Assembly: GCA_963667255.1 (NCBI GenBank)
Contig: OY762940.1
Location: 928,001 to 992,000, forward strand
Source: Candidatus Cloacimonadota bacterium
Lineage (GTDB): Bacteria > Cloacimonadota > Cloacimonadia > G963667145
Length of the DNA stretch: 64,000 nucleotides
Direction: 5' to 3'
The position numbers were made by a program, and so were the translations under genes. Below, piece by piece: positions 9,877 through 19,025 of this stretch. Each line of letters starts with the position of its first letter. Positions within the stretch are counted from its first letter, which is position 1. The notes under the pieces are model-generated. The model did no database searches and was not told the DNA's origin. It worked only from the letters and a program-made list of their open reading frames with translations.

Positions 9877-10216
9877 TCTGTCCCATGGTGCAGTTACCGT
9901 TGAGGATAGCTCCCGGCTCCACTATCAGGGTTACAGCTTTTATGTCTCCAGTAATTTTAGCACTTTTTTTCACTTCGATAGTGTTATTGGCGTTAATTCC
10001 ACCGTTGATAATACCAGCGATGATGCAATTACTACAGTCCAAATTACCGTCAACTTTACCGGTGGTGGTTACAGATATTAGCGATTTGCAGTTGATATTT
10101 CCCACAAGGTCTCCGTCGATTTTTATGCCGTTTTCGCAGTTCACATCTCCGGTGATTTTCAAATCCTTGCCGATGATAGAGGACACTTCCACTTCTCTAT
10201 TTTTTTCTTTAATCAT
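9863..10216 (-). CDS. Bactofilin (polymer-forming cytoskeletal protein)
   Basis: SIIGKDLKITGDV...IDG...VEPGAILNGNC beta-helix repeats. Confidence 0.92.
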   Translation of the reverse strand: MIKEKNREVEVSSIIGKDLKITGDVNCENGIKIDGDLVGNINCKSLISVTTTGKVDGNLDCSNCIIAGIINGGINANNTIEVKKSAKITGDIKAVTLIVEPGAILNGNCTMGQNAIK

Positions 10217-10218
10217 TT

Positions 10219-10881
10219 TTATTCTCCTTTAAAATTTTCTATAAAATCTTTTGGATTTTGGTTAATGTCGTTTTGTTGAATCTCATAGTGTAAATGAGGG
10301 TTTGTGCTGTATCCGGAATTTCCCAGTTTGGCAATTGTTTGCCCTTTTTTCACAAAGGTTTCCGTGCTTACACAAATGGAGTCGAGATGAGCGTAAACAG
10401 TTTTAAATCCATTTAAGTGGTTGATAACAACGGTTTTCCCAAAATAAGTGTCGGCTTCGGCTTTTTCCACTACTCCCGCAGCTCCTGCAAAAACGGAAGT
10501 TCCCAATTTTCCCGCAAAATCCACAGCCTTATGTTGTTCGCTAAACTCTCGACTTACCTTGTATGGTGTGTTTACAGGCAATAAATCGGGATAAAAATTT
10601 TCTGGAGCGTTTAGTTTGCTCTCGTGTTTCTCATCTTTTTTGGGTTTCTCAGCCAAGTATTTTTCCAAAGAAAGTCGCAACTTTTCCAATTTAACATTGT
10701 TGTTCAACTTGTCATTTTGGAGCAAATTTTGGCGGTAAGAGTCCAATTGCTTGGTCAAAACCTCAACTTGCGATTTGCTTTTTTTCAGCTCATTTAGCAG
10801 ATAATAGCAAGATACCAAACTTCCCAATAGAAAAATTAGAATCAGAAAAAAAAGTAAGAGACCAAAATGATTATTCTTCAT
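10219..10881 (-). CDS. M23 metallopeptidase with N-terminal TM helix and coiled coil
   Basis: HKAVD, YAHL and GYSTNPHLHYE zinc motifs. Confidence 0.9.
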   Translation of the reverse strand: MKNNHFGLLLFFLILIFLLGSLVSCYYLLNELKKSKSQVEVLTKQLDSYRQNLLQNDKLNNNVKLEKLRLSLEKYLAEKPKKDEKHESKLNAPENFYPDLLPVNTPYKVSREFSEQHKAVDFAGKLGTSVFAGAAGVVEKAEADTYFGKTVVINHLNGFKTVYAHLDSICVSTETFVKKGQTIAKLGNSGYSTNPHLHYEIQQNDINQNPKDFIENFKGE

Positions 10882-11734
10882 TGCTTAGTTGTTTAAGAAG
10901 TTCGTCCTTTTGTAATTTTGACTGATAAGAAAAGATTATTTTGCCTCTGCTTCCCGTGCCTTTTATTTTCACAGGAGCGTTGTAGATGCTCTTTAGAGAT
11001 TGCTCGGCAAGAGAAAAATCCATTTGGACATTTTTGTTTTTGACGACAGTAGCGGAAGATTTTACCAAGGTTTCACTTGCTCTAACCGACAACCCTTTTT
11101 GAGCGATGGTTTCAGCAAGAGATTCTCTTTGCTCCGGCTCAGCTTGCATTATCACTTTGGCGTGTCCCATGCTGATTTTCCCTTGAAGCAACAGTTTTTT
11201 GATAGAGTCTTGCAACGAGAGTAATCTCAAGAAGTTGGAGATAGTTGTGCGGTCTTTGCCCATTGCAGTAGCAATCTCGCCGTGAGTATAGTTGAACTCT
11301 TCTTGGAGTCTTTGGTAACTGGCGGCTTCTTCTATTGGGTTCAGATTTTCTCTCTGGACATTTTCGATAATAGCCAGTTGCAACATTTGTTGGTTGGTGG
11401 CTTGCCTTACCACTACAGGCACGGTCTTGAGGTTAGCCAGTTTAGCGGCTTGCAGTCTTCGCTCTCCGGCGATTAATTCGTAGTGTCCGCCTTCTTGCTC
11501 GGTAACAATCAGAGGCTGAATAATGCCGTTTTCGATGATGGAGTCGCGTAACTCTTCCAATTTCTCTTGGTCAAAATGCCTTCTGGGTTGATAGCGATTT
11601 GGAAAGACCATCTTTGTTTCCACCTCATTTATGGGTATATCATCTGTGGCAGACGAATTTCCTCTGTTGGTAGCTTTGAAATCTACAGGTTGTATCAGAG
11701 CTTCTAGTCCTCTTCCCAGTTTTTTCTTACTCAT
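10871..11734 (-). CDS. parB: Chromosome partitioning protein ParB/Spo0J
   Basis: LGRGLEAL, QPR, IAGERRLQA, ENVQRENL, HTH. Confidence 0.96.
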   Translation of the reverse strand: MSKKKLGRGLEALIQPVDFKATNRGNSSATDDIPINEVETKMVFPNRYQPRRHFDQEKLEELRDSIIENGIIQPLIVTEQEGGHYELIAGERRLQAAKLANLKTVPVVVRQATNQQMLQLAIIENVQRENLNPIEEAASYQRLQEEFNYTHGEIATAMGKDRTTISNFLRLLSLQDSIKKLLLQGKISMGHAKVIMQAEPEQRESLAETIAQKGLSVRASETLVKSSATVVKNKNVQMDFSLAEQSLKSIYNAPVKIKGTGSRGKIIFSYQSKLQKDELLKQLSNEE

Positions 11735-12486
11735 CTTTCGATAACCTCTTTTACCAAGCTCAAGTAATCTTGAGCACCTTTGGAAGTAATGGCATAGTCG
11801 AAAATAGTTTGCCCGAAACTCGGAGATTCGCTGAGTTTCACATTTCTGGTAATATAAGTTTTGAAAACAATATCTCCGAAGAAATTTTTGACATCCTCTT
11901 CAACTTGTTGACATAGGTTCAATCTTTTGTCGTACATAGTCAGCAAAACACCCAAGATTTCCAAATTTTTATTTAAGTTATTTTTTATAAGATTGACTGT
12001 GTTCAAAAGTTGACTCACACCTTCTAGAGCGTAGTATTCACACTGAATAGGCAAAATGACATGTGTGCTGGCTGTCAGAGCGTTGATAGTGAGCAAGCCC
12101 AAAGACGGAGGACAATCGATGATGATATATTCGTAATTGTCCAAAATGGGAGCCAAAGCGGTTTTCAGTTTTTGTTCACGAGCATACTCTTTTACCAGCT
12201 CTATTTCTGCACCGGTAAGGTTGATATCGGCAGGGATTACATCGAGTTTTTTGTAATTGGATTTAACTATACACGACTTGATATTTTTTTCGCCGATGAG
12301 CATTTTGTAAACTTGGCTGCTGACTTTGCTTTTGTTGATTCCAATTCCGGATGTGGAGTTGCCCTGCGGGTCCAAGTCTATAAGCAAGGTCTTTTTTTCA
12401 TAGACACCCAAAGCTGCCGAGAGATTCACGGAAGTTGTTGTTTTGCCTACGCCACCTTTTTGATTTACGACCGATACTATTTTCAT
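11731..12486 (-). CDS. parA: Chromosome partitioning ATPase ParA/Soj
   Basis: NQKGGVGKTT, DLDPQGN, IDCPPSLG, QCEYYALEG. Confidence 0.96.
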   Translation of the reverse strand: MKIVSVVNQKGGVGKTTTSVNLSAALGVYEKKTLLIDLDPQGNSTSGIGINKSKVSSQVYKMLIGEKNIKSCIVKSNYKKLDVIPADINLTGAEIELVKEYAREQKLKTALAPILDNYEYIIIDCPPSLGLLTINALTASTHVILPIQCEYYALEGVSQLLNTVNLIKNNLNKNLEILGVLLTMYDKRLNLCQQVEEDVKNFFGDIVFKTYITRNVKLSESPSFGQTIFDYAITSKGAQDYLSLVKEVIER

Positions 12487-12617
12487 AACAGTCCTTTACA
12501 TTTTTTGGTTAATATTTTGTCGGTTGACCCAGTAGTCAAGATGTTTTTTAGGCTCTAAATTATTCATAAAGAAATGTAACTGATTTTTTGATGCTTTTAA
12601 ATTGTTGTATAAAACAT

Positions 12618-12645
12618 TTGACTTAAATTTTGGTTAATTTACAAT
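12618..12645 (+). promoter_or_regulatory. Candidate sigma70 promoter for the NCS2 permease
   Basis: TTGACT-N16-TACAAT upstream of an AAGGAG ribosome-binding site. Confidence 0.45.
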
Positions 12646-12682
12646 TCGATCGTCGTGAAAAAATTTTTAAGGAGATTGAAAG

Positions 12683-14053
12683 ATGGTAAAAGAAAATGTA
12701 GATTTGGTTTTTGGTTTGGAGGACAAACCGAATCCTTCAACGGCGTTGCTGGCAGCTTTTCAGCATCTTTTGGCAATTTTTGTAGGAATCATTACTCCCA
12801 CAATCGTGATTTGTGGAGCACTTGGATTGGGCTCAGAAGTTCCTTATCTTATTGGTATGTCTTTGTTGATTTCAGGTGTGGCAACTTTTATTCAGGTTAA
12901 AAAAATCGGTCCTTTTGGTTCAGGCTTATTGAGTATTCAAGGGACGAGTTTTGCTTTTTTGGGTCCGATTTTGGCTATTGGATTTGGAGCAAAAGGCAGT
13001 GGAGGAAGCACAGAAATGATTTTAGCTACGATTTTTACAGCCTGCTTTTTTGGTTCTTTCATTGAGATGATTGGTAGCAAATTCATTCATCGAATGGGGA
13101 AAATCATTACACCTTTGGTTTCTGGAATCGTGGTGATGCTCATCGGTCTTAGTTTGATAAGAGTCGGATTGACCGATATGGGTGGAGGTCAATTTGTAAA
13201 AGACCATTTCCCCGATAAATTTGGTTCATGGGAAAATCTCGGATTAGCTTTTTTGACTCTTGCTGTGGTAATTTTTTTCAATAGAAGCAAGAAACCTATT
13301 CTGAGAATGTCCTCAATATGTATTGGTTTGGCAGTTGGTTATATAGTTGCTATTTTTACTGTAGGCGTGAACTTTAGCCCTATTGCGAAGTTACCTATTA
13401 TCAATGTTCCGATACCCTTCAAATACGGTTTCAACTTTGACCTTTCTGCTTTGCTTACTATCGCTTTCCTTTTTGTAATAACTATGATAGAGTCAACTGG
13501 TGACCTCACTGGCACCAGCATGGTTTCGGGAGAGCCTGTAGAAGGAGAAGTTTATCTTAAAAGAATTGAAGGCGGAATTCTCGCAGATGGATTTAATTCT
13601 GCATTGGCAGCAGTTTTTAACACTTTCCCTAACACTACATTTAGTCAAAATACAGGAGTTATTCAGATGACTGGAATGGCTTCTCGTTATGTTGGTATAT
13701 ACCTTGCAGGGATTTTGGTGTTCTTAGGATTTTTCCCAATTATTGGTGGAGTTTTGCAGGTAATACCCAAGCCTGTTCTCGGTGGTGCTACCATTACTAT
13801 GTTTGGGACAGTTGCTGCTTCGGGAGTAAAAATCATTACCAATCATAAGTTGGACAGAAGAGGGATAACCATTTTGGCTCTTTCTCTTGGTCTTGGTTTG
13901 GGCGTGCAATTTGTGCCTGAAATCGTTTCGCATTTCTCTTTGATACCCAAGAGTGTTTTCGGTTCTCCGATTACTACCGGTGGCTTGACAGCGATTGTTT
14001 TGAATATCGTTTTGCCACAAATTAAGACAAATAACGAATGCGAATGTGATTAA
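12683..14053 (+). CDS. NCS2-family xanthine/uric acid permease
   Basis: QH motif in TM1 and NAT signature FSQNTGVIQMTGMASR. Confidence 0.92.
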   Translation: MVKENVDLVFGLEDKPNPSTALLAAFQHLLAIFVGIITPTIVICGALGLGSEVPYLIGMSLLISGVATFIQVKKIGPFGSGLLSIQGTSFAFLGPILAIGFGAKGSGGSTEMILATIFTACFFGSFIEMIGSKFIHRMGKIITPLVSGIVVMLIGLSLIRVGLTDMGGGQFVKDHFPDKFGSWENLGLAFLTLAVVIFFNRSKKPILRMSSICIGLAVGYIVAIFTVGVNFSPIAKLPIINVPIPFKYGFNFDLSALLTIAFLFVITMIESTGDLTGTSMVSGEPVEGEVYLKRIEGGILADGFNSALAAVFNTFPNTTFSQNTGVIQMTGMASRYVGIYLAGILVFLGFFPIIGGVLQVIPKPVLGGATITMFGTVAASGVKIITNHKLDRRGITILALSLGLGLGVQFVPEIVSHFSLIPKSVFGSPITTGGLTAIVLNIVLPQIKTNNECECD

Positions 14054-14066
14054 TTTTTAGAATTTG

Positions 14067-14098
14067 AAAGGCAATCGATTTTCGGTTGCCTTTTTTTT
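14067..14098 (+). terminator. Intrinsic terminator
   Basis: AAAGGCAATCGA-ttt-TCGGTTGCCTTT followed by a T run. Confidence 0.8.
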
Positions 14099-14110
14099 GT
14101 GAGAAAAAAA

Positions 14111-14187
14111 TGGTGGGTGATACTGGATTTGAACCAGTGACCTCTACGATGTCGGCGTAGCACTCTAACCAGCTGAGCTAATCACCC
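14111..14187 (-). tRNA. tRNA-Val(GAC)
   Basis: Cloverleaf GGGTGATT...TTCAAATCC...CACCCACCA; anticodon arm CTACG-CCGACAT-CGTAG. Confidence 0.95.
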
Positions 14188-14255
14188 GATTATTTTGCAA
14201 TTTGTTGGATGTGTCAGATGGTTGTCAATATTTTGTTGCCTTTCTTTTTTTTAAT

Positions 14256-14535
14256 CTTGCTTCTATGTTTCAGTTTGGGAACATCAGCAGTTGCTTCTTC
14301 CCGTATGCATTCCCAAGCTGGAGCTTGGGAACGAGGGCGAAAAAGAGAATGGGTCCCCGTGTTCATGAGGACGAGGGATTAGAGGAGCAAGAAGCCCAAA
14401 CATGCTTTGTCGCGTATGCATTTCCATGCTGGAACTTGGGAACGAGGGCGAAAAGCGACTGCTGGTGCACAGTCCGACCCCTATCCTGTGGATTCCCGCC
14501 TACGCGGGAATGAGGAGGGAGGCACGGGAATCCAG
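14256..14535. repeat. Cluster of REP-like palindromes from two families
   Basis: CGTATGCATTCCCAAGCTGGAGCTTGGGAACGAGGGCGAAAA at 14302-14344, variant at 14413-14454, degenerate inverted copy at 14256-14282; ATTCCC-N8-GGGAAT at 14492-14511. Confidence 0.8.
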
Positions 14536-14651
14536 TTGGGGTTCTGGGGGGGCAATTCCAAGATGAACAAAACATTTTTCTTGACCTCTTATCCACTTAA
14601 ATTCTTATGACATAAATTAAATTTCAGCAAAAAAGTGGGGTGATGATACTT

Positions 14652-14861
14652 ATGCCTTTGGTTGTTGCTAAAAACAAAGAACCATTTGAGGTTTTGCTTC
14701 GTAAGTTCAAGAAGAAGTGCGAGATAGCCGGTGTTTTGTCGGACATCAAAAAAAACCAACGCTACGAAAAGCCTTCTGCCAAGAAACGCCGCGAAGTGAA
14801 TGCAGTGAAAAGGAAACTTTTCAACAAGCAACGCAAGTTGACGCGTTTGAGAGGTTATTAG
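14652..14861 (+). CDS. rpsU: 30S ribosomal protein S21
   Basis: EPFEVLLRKFKKKCE...YEKPS. Confidence 0.93.
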   Translation: MPLVVAKNKEPFEVLLRKFKKKCEIAGVLSDIKKNQRYEKPSAKKRREVNAVKRKLFNKQRKLTRLRGY

Positions 14862-14932
14862 ATTTAATTTTAAATTGGTGGGCAGTGTCGGTTTTCGTTT
14901 CTTAGTGAACAATTCGGCATTGCCTTTTTTGT

Positions 14933-15406
14933 ATGAATATTATCGATACAATATTTTTGATATTTACTTTTGTCTTGGCAGTTTATGGGTTTATCAAGGG
15001 GTTTCTTTGTTTTTTGACCAAAATAGCTGCCATCGTCTTCACGATTGTGCTGTGTTATATTTTCGGGTATTACTCCACCAATCTGTTCATCGTGGAATTG
15101 GGTTTGTCAGCGACCGTCGCCAAGATTCTTTCTTATGTCATTTTCTTCTTAATCGTGGTGATTTTGCTCAAGATTTTCAGCGTTTACATTCATAAAGTGA
15201 TTAATTTCTTGGAAATAGGTGTTTACAATAGATTTCTTGGTTCGGTTTTTATGATTTTCTTGTTTTTGGTCGTAATTGTTTTGGTGCTTGTGGGATTGAG
15301 AGTATTTTTCGATTACAATCTTCTACTAAATCCGACGGTTGCTTCGGCTAAAATTGTGCAAATTCTGTCTGGAATAATGCAGCGGGTTTACCCCGGGTTA
15401 ATGTAA
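14933..15406 (+). CDS. CvpA (colicin V production) family membrane protein
   Basis: MNIID...GFIKGF...NRFLG, four TM helices. Confidence 0.8.
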   Translation: MNIIDTIFLIFTFVLAVYGFIKGFLCFLTKIAAIVFTIVLCYIFGYYSTNLFIVELGLSATVAKILSYVIFFLIVVILLKIFSVYIHKVINFLEIGVYNRFLGSVFMIFLFLVVIVLVLVGLRVFFDYNLLLNPTVASAKIVQILSGIMQRVYPGLM

Positions 15407-15408
15407 TA

Positions 15409-16098
15409 ATGAAGAAGCTGATTTACGCTTTGGACGATGAAACTGACATTTTGGCGTTGATAGAGGCGAGTTTGCAAGACTCGAATTTGCAGGTTGAGAC
15501 ATTTTCCGGTTATAGCGATTTTGAAGGTGCTGTCATTGGGAAACTTCCCGATTTGGTTATTTTGGATTTGATGTTGCCCGGCAAAGATGGGTTTGAGATT
15601 TGCAAGGATTTGAAAAGGGCTTATCCCAAAATTCCAGTGTTGATGTTGACGGCACGAGGAGATATCACCGACAAGGTTTTGGGTTTGGAGTTGGGTGCTG
15701 ATGACTATCTGACCAAGCCTTTTCATCCCAAAGAGCTGTTGGCTCGGGTTCGTGCGACTCTGCGGAGGTCTTCGTTTCCTCCTAATTCCGAGAACAAAAA
15801 AGGCGATGAAGTTGAGCGAAAAGTGGGAGAGTCTCTTGTAATTCGGTTCGATACTCATCAGGTTTTGGAGTTTGGGCAGGAGATGAATTTGACTTTTGCC
15901 GAATTTTCTATTTTGGATTTGCTCTCTGAGAGACCGAATATCGTTTTCCCGAGAGAGAAAATTTTGGATTTTGTTTGGGGACAAGATAAGGTAGTGACTG
16001 ACCGCAGTGTTGATGTGCATGTCACGAAGTTGAGGAATAAGTTGAAATCTGTGAAAATCCGCAGTGTGAGATCTGTCGGTTATAAGTTGGAGTTATGA
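15409..16098 (+). CDS. OmpR/PhoB-family response regulator
   Basis: LDLMLP, GADDYLTKPF, RSVDVHV, VGYK. Confidence 0.93.
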   Translation: MKKLIYALDDETDILALIEASLQDSNLQVETFSGYSDFEGAVIGKLPDLVILDLMLPGKDGFEICKDLKRAYPKIPVLMLTARGDITDKVLGLELGADDYLTKPFHPKELLARVRATLRRSSFPPNSENKKGDEVERKVGESLVIRFDTHQVLEFGQEMNLTFAEFSILDLLSERPNIVFPREKILDFVWGQDKVVTDRSVDVHVTKLRNKLKSVKIRSVRSVGYKLEL

Positions 16099-17261
16099 TG
16101 ATTTGGGTTTTGTCAGTTGTGGTTTTAGTTTTGTTTTGTTACTGTTTGTATTTTAAGCAAAGCTATTTGTTGTTGTTTGAGGAAGTTAGACGACTTGCCT
16201 TGCATGGTAAGGTGAGTGAAAAAGCTGCCGGCAAGGAGTGGGCTATATATTTGCAGGATTTGAAAGAGCAAAAGAGCAAAAATAAGCAACAGGTGATACA
16301 AGAGAAAAATGAGTTGAAAGGTGTGATGCAATTTTTGCAAACGCCTGTTTGGATACAGGATGATAACGGGATGATAGTTCGGGGCAATCAGTCTTTTCAA
16401 GAGATTTTGAAGAAAAAATTTGAGCCGGATTTTTATTGGAATTTGATAGATTTTCCGGAATTGTTCAACTTTGTGGATAATTTTGACGGCACAAAAATTA
16501 CTACTTCCAATTTGCGTTTGGGAGACTCTTATTACATCGTTAGTGGTTCGCTGTTGCCTTCCGGTGGTAAGGTTTTTATTTTGCAAGATATTACGGAGGT
16601 GTCAGAATTGCAAACGCTAAAAAAAGACCTCCTGATTAATATTTCCCATGAACTCAAAACACCACTGACCACGATTAGTGGGTTTTTGGAGCTTTTGCCT
16701 GCTCAAAACGACAAAGTCCTGACAATCTTGAAAAGAAATGCTGAGCGGTTGAGATTGCTGGTGGATGATATTTTGCAATTGTCCACCATAGAGTCCTTGA
16801 GTTCGATTGAGTTGGAAAAGGTAGATTTGGTGCAGGTGGTGGAGGAGGGTATTTTGCTTTTTTCCGAGAATAAAGTGCCGATTAAAACCGATTTTTTTGA
16901 GAAGAGAGTGGAGATTTTTGCTGATCCTTTTAGGCTTCAACAGGTTGTGGTCAATCTCTTGAGCAATGCTGTGAAATACACTTCCAAAGGGGAGATTACC
17001 GTAAAAATAGGCAAAATTGGAAATGGGTGCGAATTGACGATAGCCGATACAGGAATAGGAATTTCCCAAGAGAATTTGCCGAAAATTTTTCAGAGATTTT
17101 TTGTCGGTGACAGTTCCCGCTCCAAATCCTTGGACAATACGGGTTTGGGTTTAGCGATTGTTAAAAATATTGTGGAGAAGCACGGGTGGAAGATTGGAGT
17201 GAAGAGTGAGTTGGGAGTGGGAACAGAAGTGAAAATCAGCATCGCCAATAAAAATAGTTGA
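16095..17261 (+). CDS. PhoR-like sensor histidine kinase
   Basis: SHELKTPLT H-box, NLLSNAVKY, DTGIGI, GLGLAIVK. Confidence 0.92.
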   Translation: MMIWVLSVVVLVLFCYCLYFKQSYLLLFEEVRRLALHGKVSEKAAGKEWAIYLQDLKEQKSKNKQQVIQEKNELKGVMQFLQTPVWIQDDNGMIVRGNQSFQEILKKKFEPDFYWNLIDFPELFNFVDNFDGTKITTSNLRLGDSYYIVSGSLLPSGGKVFILQDITEVSELQTLKKDLLINISHELKTPLTTISGFLELLPAQNDKVLTILKRNAERLRLLVDDILQLSTIESLSSIELEKVDLVQVVEEGILLFSENKVPIKTDFFEKRVEIFADPFRLQQVVVNLLSNAVKYTSKGEITVKIGKIGNGCELTIADTGIGISQENLPKIFQRFFVGDSSRSKSLDNTGLGLAIVKNIVEKHGWKIGVKSELGVGTEVKISIANKNS

Positions 17262-17262
17262 G

Positions 17263-17727
17263 ATGAAAATTGAAGATTTTTTGCCACTGATAATTAAGGT
17301 GATTAAGCCTTATTCCAATGGCAATAAGCATCTGGAAGAGGACTTGATACAAGAAGGGTTTTTGGGAGTTATTGAGGCAAAAAATCGTTACGATGAGGCG
17401 AAGGGGACGAAATTCAGTTCGTATGCGTTCTATTGGATTAAGAAAAGAGTTTTGGCATACTTGGGCAAGGAGATAGAGCAGACAGCGAACGAAGATAACT
17501 TTGTGCTTTCTGATGATTTGCCTGATGTTGAATGCGATTTTGACGAAAAGAGATTACAACTTGATTTGCCTGCCGAGATGCCTGATGAGGAAAAGCGAGT
17601 TTTGGAGTTGGTGTTTGTAGAGAATATGTCGTTGAACGAAGTGGCGGAAGTTTTGGGATATTCGCGGGAGAGAGCAAGAAGAATGAAATCTAAAGCTCTC
17701 AGGCGACTGCGTTCCAATGGGCAATAA
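17263..17727 (+). CDS. Minimal sigma-70-family sigma factor (regions 2 and 4)
   Basis: EDLIQEGFLG...KFSSYAFYWI; C-terminal HTH SLNEVAEVLGYSRER. Confidence 0.85.
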   Translation: MKIEDFLPLIIKVIKPYSNGNKHLEEDLIQEGFLGVIEAKNRYDEAKGTKFSSYAFYWIKKRVLAYLGKEIEQTANEDNFVLSDDLPDVECDFDEKRLQLDLPAEMPDEEKRVLELVFVENMSLNEVAEVLGYSRERARRMKSKALRRLRSNGQ

Positions 17728-17807
17728 GTTTTTGATTGGCGTAAAAAAAAATTGACAAACTGCGACTGTGAAAATTTTCTGAAGAGGCTAAGTAATTTTA
17801 AATACTT

Positions 17808-17883
17808 GGGGCATTAGCTCAGTTGGTAGAGCACTACACTGGCAGTGTAGGGGTCAGCGGTTCAAGTCCGCTATGCTCCACCA
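17808..17883 (+). tRNA. tRNA-Ala(GGC)
   Basis: GGGGCATT...CTACA-CTGGCAG-TGTAG...TTCAAGT...CTCCACCA. Confidence 0.96.
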
Positions 17884-17893
17884 TTTTTTTAAT

Positions 17894-17928
17894 AAAGCGT
17901 TCACTCTGCAAAGGCGAACGCTTTTTTT
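17894..17928 (+). terminator. Intrinsic terminator after tRNA-Ala
   Basis: AAAGCGTTC...GAACGCTTT plus T run. Confidence 0.7.
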
Positions 17929-18011
17929 CTTGACTTTAGTTTCACATTCGTTTTTTATGCCTATTGGATGTGATTTTCATTTTAAGCTCACATTTTTTTA
18001 GGAGAGCGTAG

Positions 18012-19025
18012 ATGTTAAAGACGGTTTTTTCCAGTGATAATGCTGCCGGAGTTGATTTGCGGATTATCAAAGAGTTGGAGAAATGTTGCAAGGATTATCA
18101 TGTGCCTTATGGGCATGAACAATCTTCTGCCGATGAGTTGTTCAGTGATTTATTGGGCTGTGATGTTAAAGCTTATTTTGTCTATAATGGCACGGCTGCA
18201 AATGTTTTGGGGATTACTTCCGGTCTTCGCAGTTATCAGGCTGTGGTTTGTGCTGACACGGCACACATAAATGTGGATGAATGCGGAGCGTTGGAAAAGA
18301 TTTCGAGTTGCAAGATATTGTATGCACCTTCTGTTGATGGTAAACTTTGTCCTGAAGATGTTGAGAGTTTTTTGTGGCAAGTGGGTAGTTATCATCGAGT
18401 GCAACCGAAAGTAATCTCAATATCACAAACCACTGAGTTTGGCGGCTTGTATTTGTTGGAAGAGATTAAGGAACTGGCTGATTTTGCTCATGAGCATGAT
18501 ATGTATTTGCATTTGGACGGAGCGAGGATTGCCAATGCTTTGGTGGCTTTGGGTTGCACAGCCAAGGAATTATTGGTGGATACCGGAGTGGATATTTGCA
18601 GTTTCGGTGGCACAAAGAACGGAATGATGTTTGGGGAAGCGGTGCTTTTTTTGAATGCTGAACCGGCAAGGGGATTTGACTGCTATCGTAAGCAAAGCAT
18701 GCAATTGCACTCCAAGTATGAGTATATTTATCGCCAATTTGCGACCTATCTGAAAGATGACCTTTATCTGGAAAATGCGAAACGGGCTAACGATATGGCT
18801 GCTTTTTTGGAGAAGGAGTTGCGTGGCTGGATTGAGCTGGAGCGACCTGTGGAGACAAATATGATTTTTCTCAAGTTGAAAGCTCCGCAAGAAGAGGCTT
18901 TTCGCAATGAATATGATAGCAGAGTGTTCGGCTTGAAGAATGGTGTGTTGCGTTTGGTAACCTCTTTTATGACGGATAAGCGAGAGATTTTTGAGTTAGC
19001 GGATATTATTAAGAGAGCGAGATAG
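18012..19025 (+). CDS. ltaE: Low-specificity L-threonine aldolase
   Basis: FSSDN, NGTAAN, HINVDECGA, HLDGARIANA, GGTKNG. Confidence 0.88.
   Translation: MLKTVFSSDNAAGVDLRIIKELEKCCKDYHVPYGHEQSSADELFSDLLGCDVKAYFVYNGTAANVLGITSGLRSYQAVVCADTAHINVDECGALEKISSCKILYAPSVDGKLCPEDVESFLWQVGSYHRVQPKVISISQTTEFGGLYLLEEIKELADFAHEHDMYLHLDGARIANALVALGCTAKELLVDTGVDICSFGGTKNGMMFGEAVLFLNAEPARGFDCYRKQSMQLHSKYEYIYRQFATYLKDDLYLENAKRANDMAAFLEKELRGWIELERPVETNMIFLKLKAPQEEAFRNEYDSRVFGLKNGVLRLVTSFMTDKREIFELADIIKRAR

Noticed and set aside
10871..12682. parS site or oriC near parAB
   Set aside because: No TGTTTCACGTGAAACA-like palindrome or DnaA-box cluster noticed, and no visible switch in the G/T-rich plus-strand bias.
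14111..17883. tRNA-anchored prophage or integrative element
   Set aside because: No integrase and no duplicated tRNA 3' end found in the window.
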